From: Hormiphora californensis
Taxonomy: Eukaryota > Animalia > Ctenophora
Direction of reading: 5' to 3'
Length of the DNA stretch: 64,000 nt
NCBI GenBank assembly: GCA_020137815.1
Contig: CM035361.1
Location: 1,488,001-1,552,000 of the forward strand
In this document: piece after piece, positions 12,952 through 24,868 of the stretch
Numbering within the stretch: the stretch's first letter is position 1
Layout of the letters: each line of letters opens with the position of its first letter
Program-made: the position numbers and the translations under genes
The notes under the pieces: generated by a model
Database searches by the model: none
Seen by the model: the letters and a program-made list of their open reading frames with translations, nothing else
Told to the model about the DNA's origin: nothing

Positions 12952-13602
12952 GGTAGTGGTAGTGTGGAACACCTGCTACTGCGGCTAGCTACATAGAAAT
13001 AGGGTGTGAGTTAGTAGTGGATCATGATCACTGGCTATGGGGTTGAAATTGGGACTCGACTGAGCTGGGGTCCACATCACACATATCGTGGTAGTGGAAC
13101 ACTGGTGACACCTACTGCTACCCTGGGTAGGATGAGGTTGATAATGTTTGATTTAGAGTGAGAGATTTATATTGTCTACCATTCGAAATTCGACATAACA
13201 AGTGAAAATACATTTCTTTCCCATTTTACTTTCTTTCTACATCACTAGACAAACGTTTATCTAAATCAGATATTATCTTTTCTATCGAATGTGATCTGAT
13301 GACCGATCCTTAATCCTTCTGGTACTACTGTATTCTTTCATGAACTCAGTCTGAAGAGACGAGCGTTACAAAAGCGAGCAGTGCACCTGGGTGTCCGGCA
13401 GAGCTCCAGACACCCGGCTGCCCGCGCCCCGCATATCCAAAATTTCGCAGTTTTCATCGATTTTTAATTCTTTTTGTTTTTTCAATTTTTTTTCTTTTCT
13501 TTTTCCGTATTTAGGCCTAGGTGCCCGCGGACACCCGGACACCCACAAGCGCCGTCCCTTCAAGAGAGCCCGCACCGGCCACCGGCAACTACAAAAGAAA
13601 TA

Positions 13603-14481
13603 CAGTCGGACCCCGATTTAGGGACAGCCTCGGGGGAAAGGGTCTTGTCCACTAAATCGGGGTGTCCACTAAATCGGGGTGAGCCATATTTGACCCATAA
13701 AAACCTATTTTATGCCCAACATGCTATATTATTAAGACTAAAGACACCTCTAACTGTTATATATGCAATATTCATATATTGATGACATGATCATTTCTGA
13801 TTAGAAATAGGAAAATATAAAATAATTTTTTTTCAAAAAAAATGTGGAAAAATTTTCTAAGTTATACCAGCCCGTCCGATTTGTGTTTCGAATCAGTGCA
13901 GCTTACTGGATGTCCTGTCTAATTAGCGGGTTCAAAACGAACCGATACGTGATACCATGCCGAATCGGGGCACCCTAACCGGGTTAGGAAGTATGAAAAT
14001 TTCAAAATAACTTTTTTTCTCAAAATTTATGGGGAGCACCGATCAAAGCATTGACAATCGTACTGTAAAATTTTGCAAAAAAGTTGTAAAATTTTTTAAA
14101 CGTATACCAGCCACGTCCGAATCATGTTTTGAATCGGTACATCTTATCACATGTCCTGCTGCTAATTAGACGGTTCGGAACGAATCGAAAAGTGATCCCC
14201 ATCGAATCGAAATTTTGACGCTTGGTGAACTTGTGATTCAATGGCCGCATGGGGATCACGTATCGGTTCGTTCCGAAACTTCTAATTAGCAGCAGGACAT
14301 GCGATAAGATTCACTGATTCGAAACACGATTCGGACGTGGCTGGTATCTTTTTGAAAATTTTTCAAAAAAATTTCACAAAAAATTTCACAAAAAAAATTC
14401 AAAAAATTTTTGGGGGAAAAAAATCCTGTCCCTAAATCGGGGTGTCCCTAAATCGGGGGTCCCTAAATCGGGGTCCGACTG
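13603..14481. mobile_element. Tc1/mariner-type non-autonomous element (MITE)
   Basis: TIR CAGTCGGACCCCGATTTAGGGAC at both ends, TA duplications, subterminal TAAATCGGGG repeats and internal inverted repeats. Confidence 0.9.
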
Positions 14482-14513
14482 TATTGGTGAATGGTGCCAC
14501 CCTTCTGGCTTAA

Positions 14514-15104
14514 GGGTACACCTGGCGTTTTTCATCATCGAGTGCCCAACCAAATGACTTCACCAGGGTGACCTCAAATATGCAATTTTAGCCCTAAAGT
14601 CGAATTCATATTTTTGCTACAGCCTATTTTCAAAGTGGCGTTTTTTCAATTTTTGTTGAAATTTTTAACCTCAGGACCACTTTTTTTGAGATAGAAACAT
14701 TAAATTCTTGGAATTTGAAGAGAATATAAAGGTGAATAAGCCCAAAGAAGGATTTTTGAAATGGAGCTTATTTCTGGCCATGAGAACGGTTTACTTTTTT
14801 GCTTCTTTGACACGCTGGCTGAGAATGTTCCCATGCTTCATTAGAGATGAAAATCTGGAAATAGTTGCTCAAAACGATTATCTATGTGGCCCAAAAATTT
14901 TGGAACTTTCCCGCCAAAGATGTGGTGTACAGAGCTTTTTTTGTGAAACCTGTCTTTTTGAAAAAGAGGGAAATTCCCTGTATCTCAAAAACGGATGATC
15001 ATAGAGACCTGGGACCAAGCTTAATCGATTCAGAAGGTCCGATTTTGGGGGGGTCTTCTGAGAGACATTTTGCTCCTACTCCAACCGATTTTGCTGTAAT
15101 TGCG
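14514..15104. mobile_element. Single arm of the Kolobok-like foldback family (see 42855-44244)
   Basis: Starts TTAA|GGGTAC and shares blocks with that element (gacctcaaatatgcaattt..., gattcagaaggtccgattttggggggg...). Confidence 0.8.
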
Positions 15105-15331
15105 CCCTGCCCTTACTCAACAACCGCCCATAGTAATCCCTGGCAACCGTTTATCTTCCCTGGGTGGTATTAATTCCACAACCTTCTTTTTTCATTTTTG
15201 GTGACCCCCCGAAATTTATAAAACTTTCCTAGTAACCCTGTAGGCCCGGCCCTGGCCCCTGGGGCCCGAACAACACTGTCCCATCTTTACCAACCCTCTT
15301 TTTTTACCCTCTAACACCCCTTCCCTCTCAG

Positions 15332-15746
15332 GAAAGAGATCTTGAAGAGGAACAGCCCGGCCCAGCAGCCAAGAGATCTCAGCTGGAAGCTATGACCCAG
15401 ACTGATAAGGAGATCACATCTCGACCTGAAGCTGATGATGTGGAGGATTACTGTGATAAGGTTTGTGTCCAGCTCTATCCTCTAATCCCAGTTAGGTTGT
15501 TTTTCTCAATCGCCTAACTGCTAATTTACACTCTCGTGTACTGGTATAGCCCATGTTATATCTAATCACTTAACACCTGCTATCTGAACCGAAACCCCAG
15601 TTTCTATCTATCTCACACCAACACCCCTAACTCAACCCCCTGATTAACCATGCCCTAACACCCCATCTCCTCCTCTCCAGGATCACTCAGAGCCGGAATT
15701 CGACTTTGGAGTTAACTGTAACAAACTGCACCACATGTTACTATGA
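15332..15746 (+). CDS. Two in-phase exons of a small acidic orphan gene (start not identified)
   Basis: 15332-15460 (ERDLEEEQPGPAAKRSQLEAMTQTDKEITSRPEADDVEDYCDK) and 15681-15746 (DHSEPEFDFGVNCNKLHHMLL*), with polypyrimidine-CAG acceptors and a GT donor. Confidence 0.45.
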
Positions 15747-15956
15747 CGGCGACTGTGGCCTGTGGGTGCTGTTGTGATGTATGCTGTGATGTCAGGACAT
15801 TGAAACAGAATCTTCCTTACTCCCCTACACTGTATATATATATATATATATATATATCATCTACTGACTGCAGTATTGATCCAGCTCCATTTTGGCTGTT
15901 TACATGGAATAGGAATAACAGTGAATGGACTCATAAACAATACCGAACATGTCTAT

Positions 15957-16108
15957 ACTCCATTTTTTTTCAACTGTTCACCCCCCAAAGTCGTGCGCGG
16001 AATTGTTTTGCGCGTCTATCACATGTTAACGTGTAGCGCGCGCCACGAAAATTCTAAATTTCACTGAAATTTCAATTTTGGGTGAACAGTTGAAAAAAAA
16101 TGGACTTT
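15957..16108. mobile_element. Short MITE
   Basis: Inverted termini tccattttttttcaactgttcaccc / gggtgaacagttgaaaaaaaatgga. Confidence 0.7.
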
Positions 16109-17912
16109 ATTATTACCCCTGTTATTAGAAGGAGAATACAGAGCGGAATTTTTATTATAGAGTGTTTTGACTATCGAGCTGACCTAAAAATGCCATCCTT
16201 TCATTGATGTTTTCTGTTTTATTGCAGCTCAGTGCCACTACCCACTGCGGTAGTTTTGATAAATTGGTCTACTTTCTAACTGCTGTTCATAGGACACCAT
16301 TGTATGATATACCTTCCCCACGGCCAGCTCTATATTGTATTACCATGTTGGGACTCTCAAGTCCCATATTTCTGTTTAACTTACTATCTCAATGGTGTCC
16401 TGCAAGTTTCCAAGGCGACCGGCCACTTTTGGTGACAAAATCCATTTTCAGTCACACTCACAAACAGTCCGAACGAACTAACACGTACCGCGCGAAAAAA
16501 GCGCTCAGCGCGCGGGTGAGAGTGCCACTGTCAGTTCAATCCGCGATGTCGCCGACGTCGGGCGCGCACAACGATGGACTTAGGCTCCCCACTACACCGT
16601 TGCAACGAAGAAAAAAACAGAACGCGCGTCGCGACGACCACAGTTTTGTAATGCACCGGCGAAAATTTTAAATTGCGTGCTGCCGCGCGAATCCGCGCAT
16701 AACTTTCTTGAAATTGTTCAGTTGCATTTTTTTCGCGTTCGGCCAAAACGAAATTTTCAGGTTTTGAATTTTCAAAGCTCAAAATTCCAAAAACCATTTC
16801 CGAGAGCAATTTTATGTCTTAGTGATGGCTGAAGGCCTTCATTTTACATGTTTTTTGCTGCCGACTATGTTCGAAAATTTTGCAGCTCGTTGCTAACCCC
16901 TTTTTTATAATAAAATAATTTCCTGAATCCCGTTGCCGAGTGCAGTCGCCCCCGCGCCCGATCTACAACGACAAACGCTACACCATAAACCGGAAGTCTG
17001 TGTGTAGAGGGCCATTGGGGCTGCAATTAGTCCACCTTTGTCCTTCATTATCAACTGAGATTCACAGATACCGTGAAAAGTTTGCACGTCTTGGTTGCCT
17101 CAGCCTCGTTGAAAATTATTGTTTTTTTCTGTGAAAATTGAAAACAATAATTTTCAGTGAAATAATGATTTTTCAACGACGGAATCCTTCTCAACGATTG
17201 AGTTAATCAAAACGTGCAAAGTTAAAGTCTTCCATTATCCTAGATTAACTGCCTTGATCCTATGCGCCTTTCTCATCAAGCATAATATATCTAGAGTTTC
17301 AATCTTGTTCTTATCTGCAGGACTCTCAGTGTTTGTCGCATATATAATTCTGCATAATAGAAATAATCATAGCTCTATTAGTCGGATATTCTGCGAATCA
17401 GCATATTCTGGAAAAGTTAAAATATCAGTAATTTTGCAGAGTTGATAGAATTGAAGGTTCTCTAAATGTGTTGTGATGCAAGGAAAAAACATAGGCCTCA
17501 ACTGTGCTCTGTTTACTATCAAGATTGAAGGCTCAAGGCTCATCTAGGAGTTAGAGTTTAGTTTGTAGAATTGAGAATTATCAGTGTTTGTCGCATAAAA
17601 TATGTTGCATAATAAAGATAATTATAATTGTATTATCCAGATATCATGTGAATAAATAAGTTCTATATAAGTCTTGAAAGATCTCAGTACAATTTTGTTT
17701 TTCTCTTTATGCAGACGACGCAAAACAGTGTTCTCGAAAGGCGAAAGCTGCTATTCAACTCCTTTGTACTGCCTTTGTTTAATTGGTTTTGTAACATTCT
17801 ATTGCTTTCCACTTTATCTTTTGAGTCGCCCGACACTTTGTATTAACAATTCAGTTATTCTTTTCCTTGTTAACTCTTTGTAATCTACAAGCAACCCTCT
17901 GTTTTAGCGACC

Positions 17913-18741
17913 ATGCCCCTGCCCGGAACCTTCAAGAAGGTCTTTAAAAAGAAGGATATCTCAGATCCTTCCATCCTGAAGTACAAAGACCAAGACTACA
18001 ATAAGGTAAGTTAGTTGATTCTAAAATACAAGGATCAGGACTAGGGTTAGTTAATGTGTCTAGCTCTCTTTCTCCTCTATGTCTTTTTTCAAATCTCTCG
18101 CCCATGATTCAAAGTAAAGACTTAGGATTTTACTGATCTGTCACCAAGACTATAGTGTGATGATTCAACACATGCCGGGTGTATGTGTTATATTATCCTC
18201 GTCCACACAGATAATACCATGTTTATGGCGAGGTTACATATTTATGTTTGTTTATCCCCATACCATCATCATGACCTGTAATATATATTTATCTAGTAAT
18301 CTGTCAACTATATTCACTATACTACCTCGTTATGCTTGTTCTAATTCGGGAGATTTTGGGGGCATGTGGATCACTTACCTCATGCTTCTCAACAAGTACG
18401 GTAAATCGTGAGTTTTAATTTTGTTTTATTACCATTTGGGGCCGATATTTGCGAATTAGTTTTCACACGAGTGGAAGTTATATTTACAAGACTTTTCACC
18501 ATCTAATATGGACTTTTTCAATCTATATCAGTCGGTTATCATCATCTAACAGTTACGTGAGCCGAGAGTGTTTATTTCCGTTTAATTTCAAGTTTTTTGT
18601 GGCCTACAATTGTTTGTATATACGTCTTTAAGTAACCGCTCATCTTCGTCTCTTCGCTCTCCTCTCTTCTTCTCTTATCTCCTTTCCCTATTAAGTCTCT
18701 GTATCCCTCACTATCTCTCTCTATCTCTCTCTTTTTCTCTA

Positions 18742-18772
<31 letters not shown>

Positions 18773-21677
18773 CTCTATTTAGTCGCACAGACACCAAAAT
18801 TAATAACAGTCTGGACCATCCGAGAGAGAGAGAGATACTAGCAGAGAAAGAAAATATCACATATGTTCTCGGATGCACGAGAGAGATAGAAAGATGGAAA
18901 GATAGAGAGGGATCAGGACTATTATTAGTCTAGGCGGTTTACTGGTTTATCTGGCTGAAACTGAAATTGTAGTTGTACGTCCCCCCAGCCAGTATAAAAA
19001 ATAATTACCCCCCCCCCCCCCCCCCCCCCGGGCCGCTGCTTCTTTCGAAACTGCTGCCCGTCCACCCTCTGTAAATCTCCAGGAGGCACTAACCACCCAG
19101 TCCTTCTACTAGTAGCCTCTGTATCATTGACACAGGGGCTACTGACCACTCTTTGAACCGATCTAACCATGTCTGTTTCAGGAGCTACTGGAATACCTCC
19201 CCTAACCACAACCCCTTCCCTAACCACTCCTCCTCCGAACCTAACTCTAACCCTGTCTGTTTCAGGAGCTACTGGAATACCTCCCCTAACCACAACCCCT
19301 CCCCTAACCACCCCTCCTCTAACCCTGTGTCCCCTCTATTTCAGGAGCTACTGGAATACCTCCCCTAACCACAACCCCTCCCCTAACCACCCCTCCTCTA
19401 ACCATGTGTCTCCTCTGTTTCAGGAGCTACTGGAATACCCTAACCACAACCCCCTCCCCTAACCGCTCCTCCTCCGAACCACTCCTTCTCTAACCCTGTC
19501 TGTTTCAGGAGCTACTGGAATACCTCCGAACCCAACTGCAACTGCCACAACTCTCAGAAATCCAGACCACTGCCCTTCTCTCCTCCTCAGCCATCCTTCC
19601 CTCCTATGCCTCTACAAGCAGTATCGATGCCTCCAGCAGCAGTGCCAGTACCACAACTATGGAACGGGTCAATCCTCGAGCATGTAAGTAGTTGCAGATA
19701 TTGATAATTTAGTTGGGTAATGGGAATATGATATATTAATTACTGTCCTAGATGGGGGAGGCTGGAGGGGGGGGGGTCATATCCTCGGGCATGTTAGTAG
19801 TCAGCTAGTTACTAGTTAGTAGAATATTGCAATTCGGCTGAGTTGAGAGAGGGATGGGTTCAATTCTGAAGGTTGGGGTGGATGAATGAAGAAAAGGTAA
19901 AATCGAACTTCGAGGGAGGCCTCAGACAATCAGAATTGAACCTCCGGAGGTTCAATTCTGATTGTCTATGTAGTTGAGGGGAGACAAATGAAGATAATAT
20001 AATGATTGAGGAAGGAGACATGGGGAAGAGAGAGATACAGAATTTGAGGTTTTCTGCAGAACATATGACATCGAAACTGTTGAAGGGCATCCGAGACAGA
20101 TAGGGGACAGGATTAGATGTTGACTAGACAGGGTGAGATCGTTACTAGGGGAGAGATCACAGAGAGATCGTTACTTTAACTAGGGGAGAGAAAGAGAGAT
20201 CGTTACTTTAACCTAGGGAGAGGGAAAGAGAGATCGTTACTTTAACTAGGGGAGAGAAAGAGAGAACGTTACTTTAACTAAGGGAGAGGGAAAGAGAGAT
20301 CGCTACTTTAACTAGTAGAGAGAGAGTTATTCCTGGGTGGTTCTACTAGATGCCCTACTTGGCGGGATCATTATCAGTCGCTGCACCACCAGAGAGAGAG
20401 AGAGAGAGAGATCACCAGTCTAGTCAGAACCGCACCTCCAGACGGGTCTCATTAGAGTCTCGTCTGTTCAGGTGATGCGAACATCTCAAGAAGATGATGA
20501 TTACCTCTCCCCCCCCCCCTCCCCCTTCCGGTCATGTCAGTCTCAAAACTTTAAACCGTTAGCTAGTTTAGTTTAGTTAACCACAAAACTGTTGAGCATT
20601 AGAACTCATGACTAGACTAGACATCCATAGCTGGCTCGTTTTGTCAGTTGCCAGAAAAAGAGAGAGTGAGAGTAAAACAGAAACCGAGAGAAATGGGGAA
20701 TTTAAGACAGTCTTGGTATGACGAAAGTCTAAAGTACCGCAAGTGCAGTCTAGACTTTCTTCCGACCCCCTCCAGGCTATATAACTAGGGAGAGAGATCG
20801 TTACTTTAACTAGGGAGAGAAAGAGAGATCATTACTTTAACTAGGGAGAGAGATATATCCAGTCACCTTAGTCCTCGGTGGTACAAAGTTATAGGGTTAC
20901 ATCTCAGACATGAGGTCATGTTATACACATATCTCTCCCTCATGGCTTTATTCCTTAGGGAGGCTTCATGTTCACAATCTCTACTCTCCACCAATCCTGG
21001 TGTTACCCAGGCACTTTAGTAGAACAAAAGGGAGGCCTCGTATTCTGATTTATCAGGCCTATAATGTCCTAGACCCAGACATTGGCATACCTAGAAGTAT
21101 GGTTAGGAGTATGGTTGGGAGAGAAACCACACCATCGTTTTGACAGTGTATCCGGGGGTGGGGGATAGGGAGAAACCTGAACCAGTTGATATATCACTGC
21201 AACTTGCACACGTCACGTCTTGTTTGGAGCTGCCACTTGAGACAGTCTGAACAAGTCAGTCTAGCCTAAACTGGTATCTTTCAAGGCGTGTAGCTAAAGT
21301 AGGCGTGGTTTCATGGTCTTGTTGTGAGACTAGACTGCAGCCAAACTTGTGAGATATAGAGAAGGAGAGATCGTTACTTTAACTAGGGGAGAGAGAGAGA
21401 GACCCGAGATATATATCACCTGCGTTGACAGATGCTTCACGCCAGAAAGATTTCAACCTACCACCAGTATTATAATTCTATCCACGCATGGGGATATATG
21501 GGGGATGGTAGATCATGATATATGTTACCAAGCACGCCCAGTATTGTGTGTGTCCCCTAATTGTGGTAATGGTAATATGGGGGGTTGCTGCTGATGGTGG
21601 GGCTATTAGTGCAGACACAGACACACAATCGAGATATACACGACCATCCGATACAAATTATAACTGTGTTCTCTCTT

Positions 21678-21721
<44 letters not shown>

Positions 21722-23386
21722 TCATCCCCTCTCCTCACCATATGATGTAGTCCCATCCTAATTCTGCACCAGTCACAGAAAGAGACAGAGCTAAATATAA
21801 AGAGACAGACTGAGAAATAGTTGAGTCACTTGACACTGTGTCCCGGGGTCACATAGTCTGCCTCTATTTTAGACTCGAATTGTACCTAGAAACCCATAGT
21901 TTGAAAGAATTATGCGACAGCTCTGAAAGAACAGGGGGAGCTGGAAGGAGAAAATGACAGTTACGAGGGTGGTGTAGACTGTAGACTATTGTAGACTGAT
22001 TGATGGGCCAGTCTCCTGCCTCTACAGCAGAAGGAGGGAGGGGAAGGAGGGTAAAAAGAGACATATGCTACTCAGTAGCTCTTGGTTCATCTGTCAAGAG
22101 TCTGCTGAAGAAACAATAATATATCTTACCTGTCTTTTATTTCTCTATCTGTTTCTCTCTATCTGTTCCTCACTTTATTTCCTTTTTCTCTCATACTCCA
22201 GTTTCTATCCCTGGTTCTGTCTCCACGTCTCTCTCAATGGCCCATTGTCGTACCATGCTACCAGATATAATCAGGGTGGGGGGATTATCCGGAAGGGAAA
22301 TCAGATTTAGAATTTCATATTTTAGTCCCGGGATAGGGAGGGAAGTTGATACCCAGTAGTAGCCCAGTAGGATAGATCAGTATGATTTTAGCTTCCAAAA
22401 CATAACACTTTTCCTCTTTTCAGCTCCGGAAGCTTCTAATTCAGTGAAAGATGAGCCGAGGACGCCAAACATTTCTCCTAAACCATCGTTCCGACCAGTT
22501 AAATCCTCTCCCAATGTGATTCAAAGTTCTGTTCAATGGAGAACATCTTCCTCCAGCCCACCCCCTAACAAAACTTGCAACACGGTAAGATCAAAATCCG
22601 TATTATCCTTATTTTTCCTCGATTATCGCCCCATCATCTTTATTATTTCTCCTCCAGTACCACCAATCCCTCTATTCTCAACTAACTAAACCTCCTCCTA
22701 TTCTCGACTAACCCCCGCTCTAACCCCCTCCTATTCTCGACTAACCCGGCCTCACTCCCTCCCTCCTCCAGGTTAGTAGTACGACTTCCCAACACCCATG
22801 TGACAGGAAGGATGGTGGTCCACCGATTCTAAACCTCCTTACAGGACCACTAGTGGTATCTAGTGCAGAGGCAACCCGTCTCATCTCCACTAGCGAGACT
22901 GCTATCACCAATGGTAAGAGTATGGAGGAAAATACCTCTTTTAATTTTAGCTGGCTTTCACGCGGTGATACATGATCAATTGATCATTGATCATTGGTCC
23001 TCCTCAATCCTCATTGGCATCTATTTCCCTCATTTCTAACCCACTCTCTCCTCCCCCCAGTTGCCTGGCCAGCGACCCGCTCCACGGCCCCTCCCACAGT
23101 GCCCAAGAAGCACACTTACAACTGCTACTGGCTGACCCACGTGGGTCCATGCAACCGACAATTCCCCAACAAAGAGGACCTGTACAACCACCTCAAGTCC
23201 CACGTTAACGATCTAGAGGCTCTCACCCCGGCCACTGCTGTCCTGCAGCCCCTCAACCCCCCTGCGTGTGGTGGGGCAGGGGGAGGGTGTCATGATGGGA
23301 GGAAGCATCATAGGTTTAATGGAGGTCCATATCAGATGCCGGGTCTAAGGTGCATGAGGGCTAGCCGGTGTGCTTGTAAGAAGTGA
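17913..23386 (+). CDS. NET-family (NocA/Elbow/ZNF503/ZNF703-like) single C2H2 zinc-finger protein, ~298 aa
   Basis: Five phase-compatible exons: 17913-18005, 19509-19683, 22424-22584, 22772-22913, 23061-23386. The finger YNCYWLTHVGPCNRQFPNKEDLYNHLKSH matches the NET pattern C-x-W-x4-GPC-x2-F-x5-L-x2-H-L-x2-H. KPSFRPV resembles the SFKPY motif. Confidence 0.8.
19165..19527 (+). repeat. Five tandem copies of branch point + acceptor + start of exon 2 of the NET gene
   Basis: tttcag|GAGCTACTGGAATACC at 19182, 19266, 19345, 19424 and 19509, with CTAAC-rich spacers. Confidence 0.92.
20133..20325 (+). repeat. ~30-bp minisatellite (agagagatcgttactttaactaggg); further copies at ~20790-20850, ~21365 and inverted at ~60850-60950
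   Basis: Direct visual repeat. Confidence 0.85.
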
Positions 23387-23440
23387 GGGACAGGAAGGAC
23401 TTGATTTATTTTAAAGAGTGAGTGATTTAGGGTCAGGGAT

Positions 23441-23549
23441 CAGGAACTGACCGACACAAGTAAACGACCAATCAGAACTCGTTATTTAGGTCACGTGACT
23501 GGTTATCAGCCAATCAGGGACCAGTATTTCCTGATTCGGTCGGTTCCTG
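23441..23549 (+). mobile_element. ~110-bp MITE carrying CCAAT-CACGTG-CCAAT
   Basis: TIR caggaac(t/c)gaccga / tcggtcggttcctg; an inverted copy lies at 31435-31541. Confidence 0.85.
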
Positions 23550-24868
23550 ACACTGTCAGTGACAGGGATGGGAGGACTGTTCCCCCTTTCCGACTAAACA
23601 GAGAGACAATTTCGGAAGCGGGAGCACTTCTCAAATAATACAGTACGTTTATCTCCTTTTCAGAGTTAACTAATTAACTAATTAGTTCTTGGTAGTAACT
23701 AATTAGCAAGAAGTTACACATTAGATCGTGCATCTCTTGGTTCTGCATTAGTGTGTGTTTTGAAGTTGAGAGGCTCACTCTCAGGCTGGGAATCCATTGC
23801 TGAACTGGTTTTAAAGTGCAATTGGGGCCTTGACTAGTTGACCGTTCCGGGTTGAATTATGTGAAATGCAATTGGTTTGATAACAGACATAATTGTAGAT
23901 GCATTATACATGTTTTAACATGTTGTACCTACAAAAAAGAGAGAAAGAAGATTTATTTTGTTATATCTGACGGACTAATTGTCAGTTTTAAATGTATAAA
24001 ACAAGTATATTTATCTTACAACATCATTATTAAATAACTGCGTAATTGTTAACTTTGTACAATTGGTTAATGGTAAACTTCGTAGTCAAATTCGTTGACA
24101 GGAAACTTCAGCTTCCCTGGCTCTGGTCTTTACCGTGCAAGGTGAGGGCCAGGGAAGTGGAACTCCTGAGCTCCATCGTTTATTGAATTTGAGGACTGAA
24201 GAGCGTTCCTGAGAGCTCAGAAGAGGCGTTGACTCTCCTTCTCGATAAACTAGAGTCGAGGGAGGGCAATCAGTATCTAAAACTGAACCTGTCAATGGAA
24301 TACCAACAGAAGAATTTGGCAATAACGTAATGCGCGAAATATAAATAAGATACACTGCGCGCCGTCAATGCAACTTGGACCGTGCGCGTAACAAAATTCA
24401 ACTCTTAAATTTAAAAAAATAGGGGGGGGGCCGGCTGAAGTTTTTGAAGTTTGAAGTTTTCCACCCTACTTTTTGAGATTTTGAAGTTTTTGAAGTTGAC
24501 TTCCATTCTCCCTAACGTTCTCACTTCTCAGACTGGAAATAACTGTGCTCAAACTACAATGATAAAGTTTATTGTACTTTCTTTCCCTAACTTCATTGTC
24601 TCAGTTGTCAATAAACTTCCATCAACTTAGCACCACCTGTCCTTGTGAGAGCAGCACACCATCTGTACAAGCTCAGTAATTCGCTCCCGAGTTGTAGCCC
24701 CGGTGCCGACTGCGGGGTTGCAACCTCCATGCCTAATACGCGACCCATTACACTTAGCCCGTCGCCAGCTTCATTCTGTGCAAGTTTAATTTGAGCGGTT
24801 CACGTTTGAACGCATCACGTAGCTCGCACTGGAGGCTAATTATCTATATTTACAGCACATGACAGATC

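Noticed and set aside
19200-19500. CCTAAC-rich tract resembling telomeric repeat
   Set aside because: Not a (CCCTAA)n array; it is the branch-point-containing spacer of the acceptor repeat.
24086-24355. 89-aa minus-strand ORF next to a CG-rich patch
   Set aside because: No ATG start, no motif and no convincing splice partner.
24727-24800. TGCCTAATAC...TGCAAGT...GAGCGG resembling the 5' end of bacterial 16S rRNA, and TTAATTTGAG resembling a spliced-leader 3' end
   Set aside because: The matches are short and interrupted; flanking sequence fits neither rRNA nor a full SL exon or SL RNA gene (no GT donor follows).
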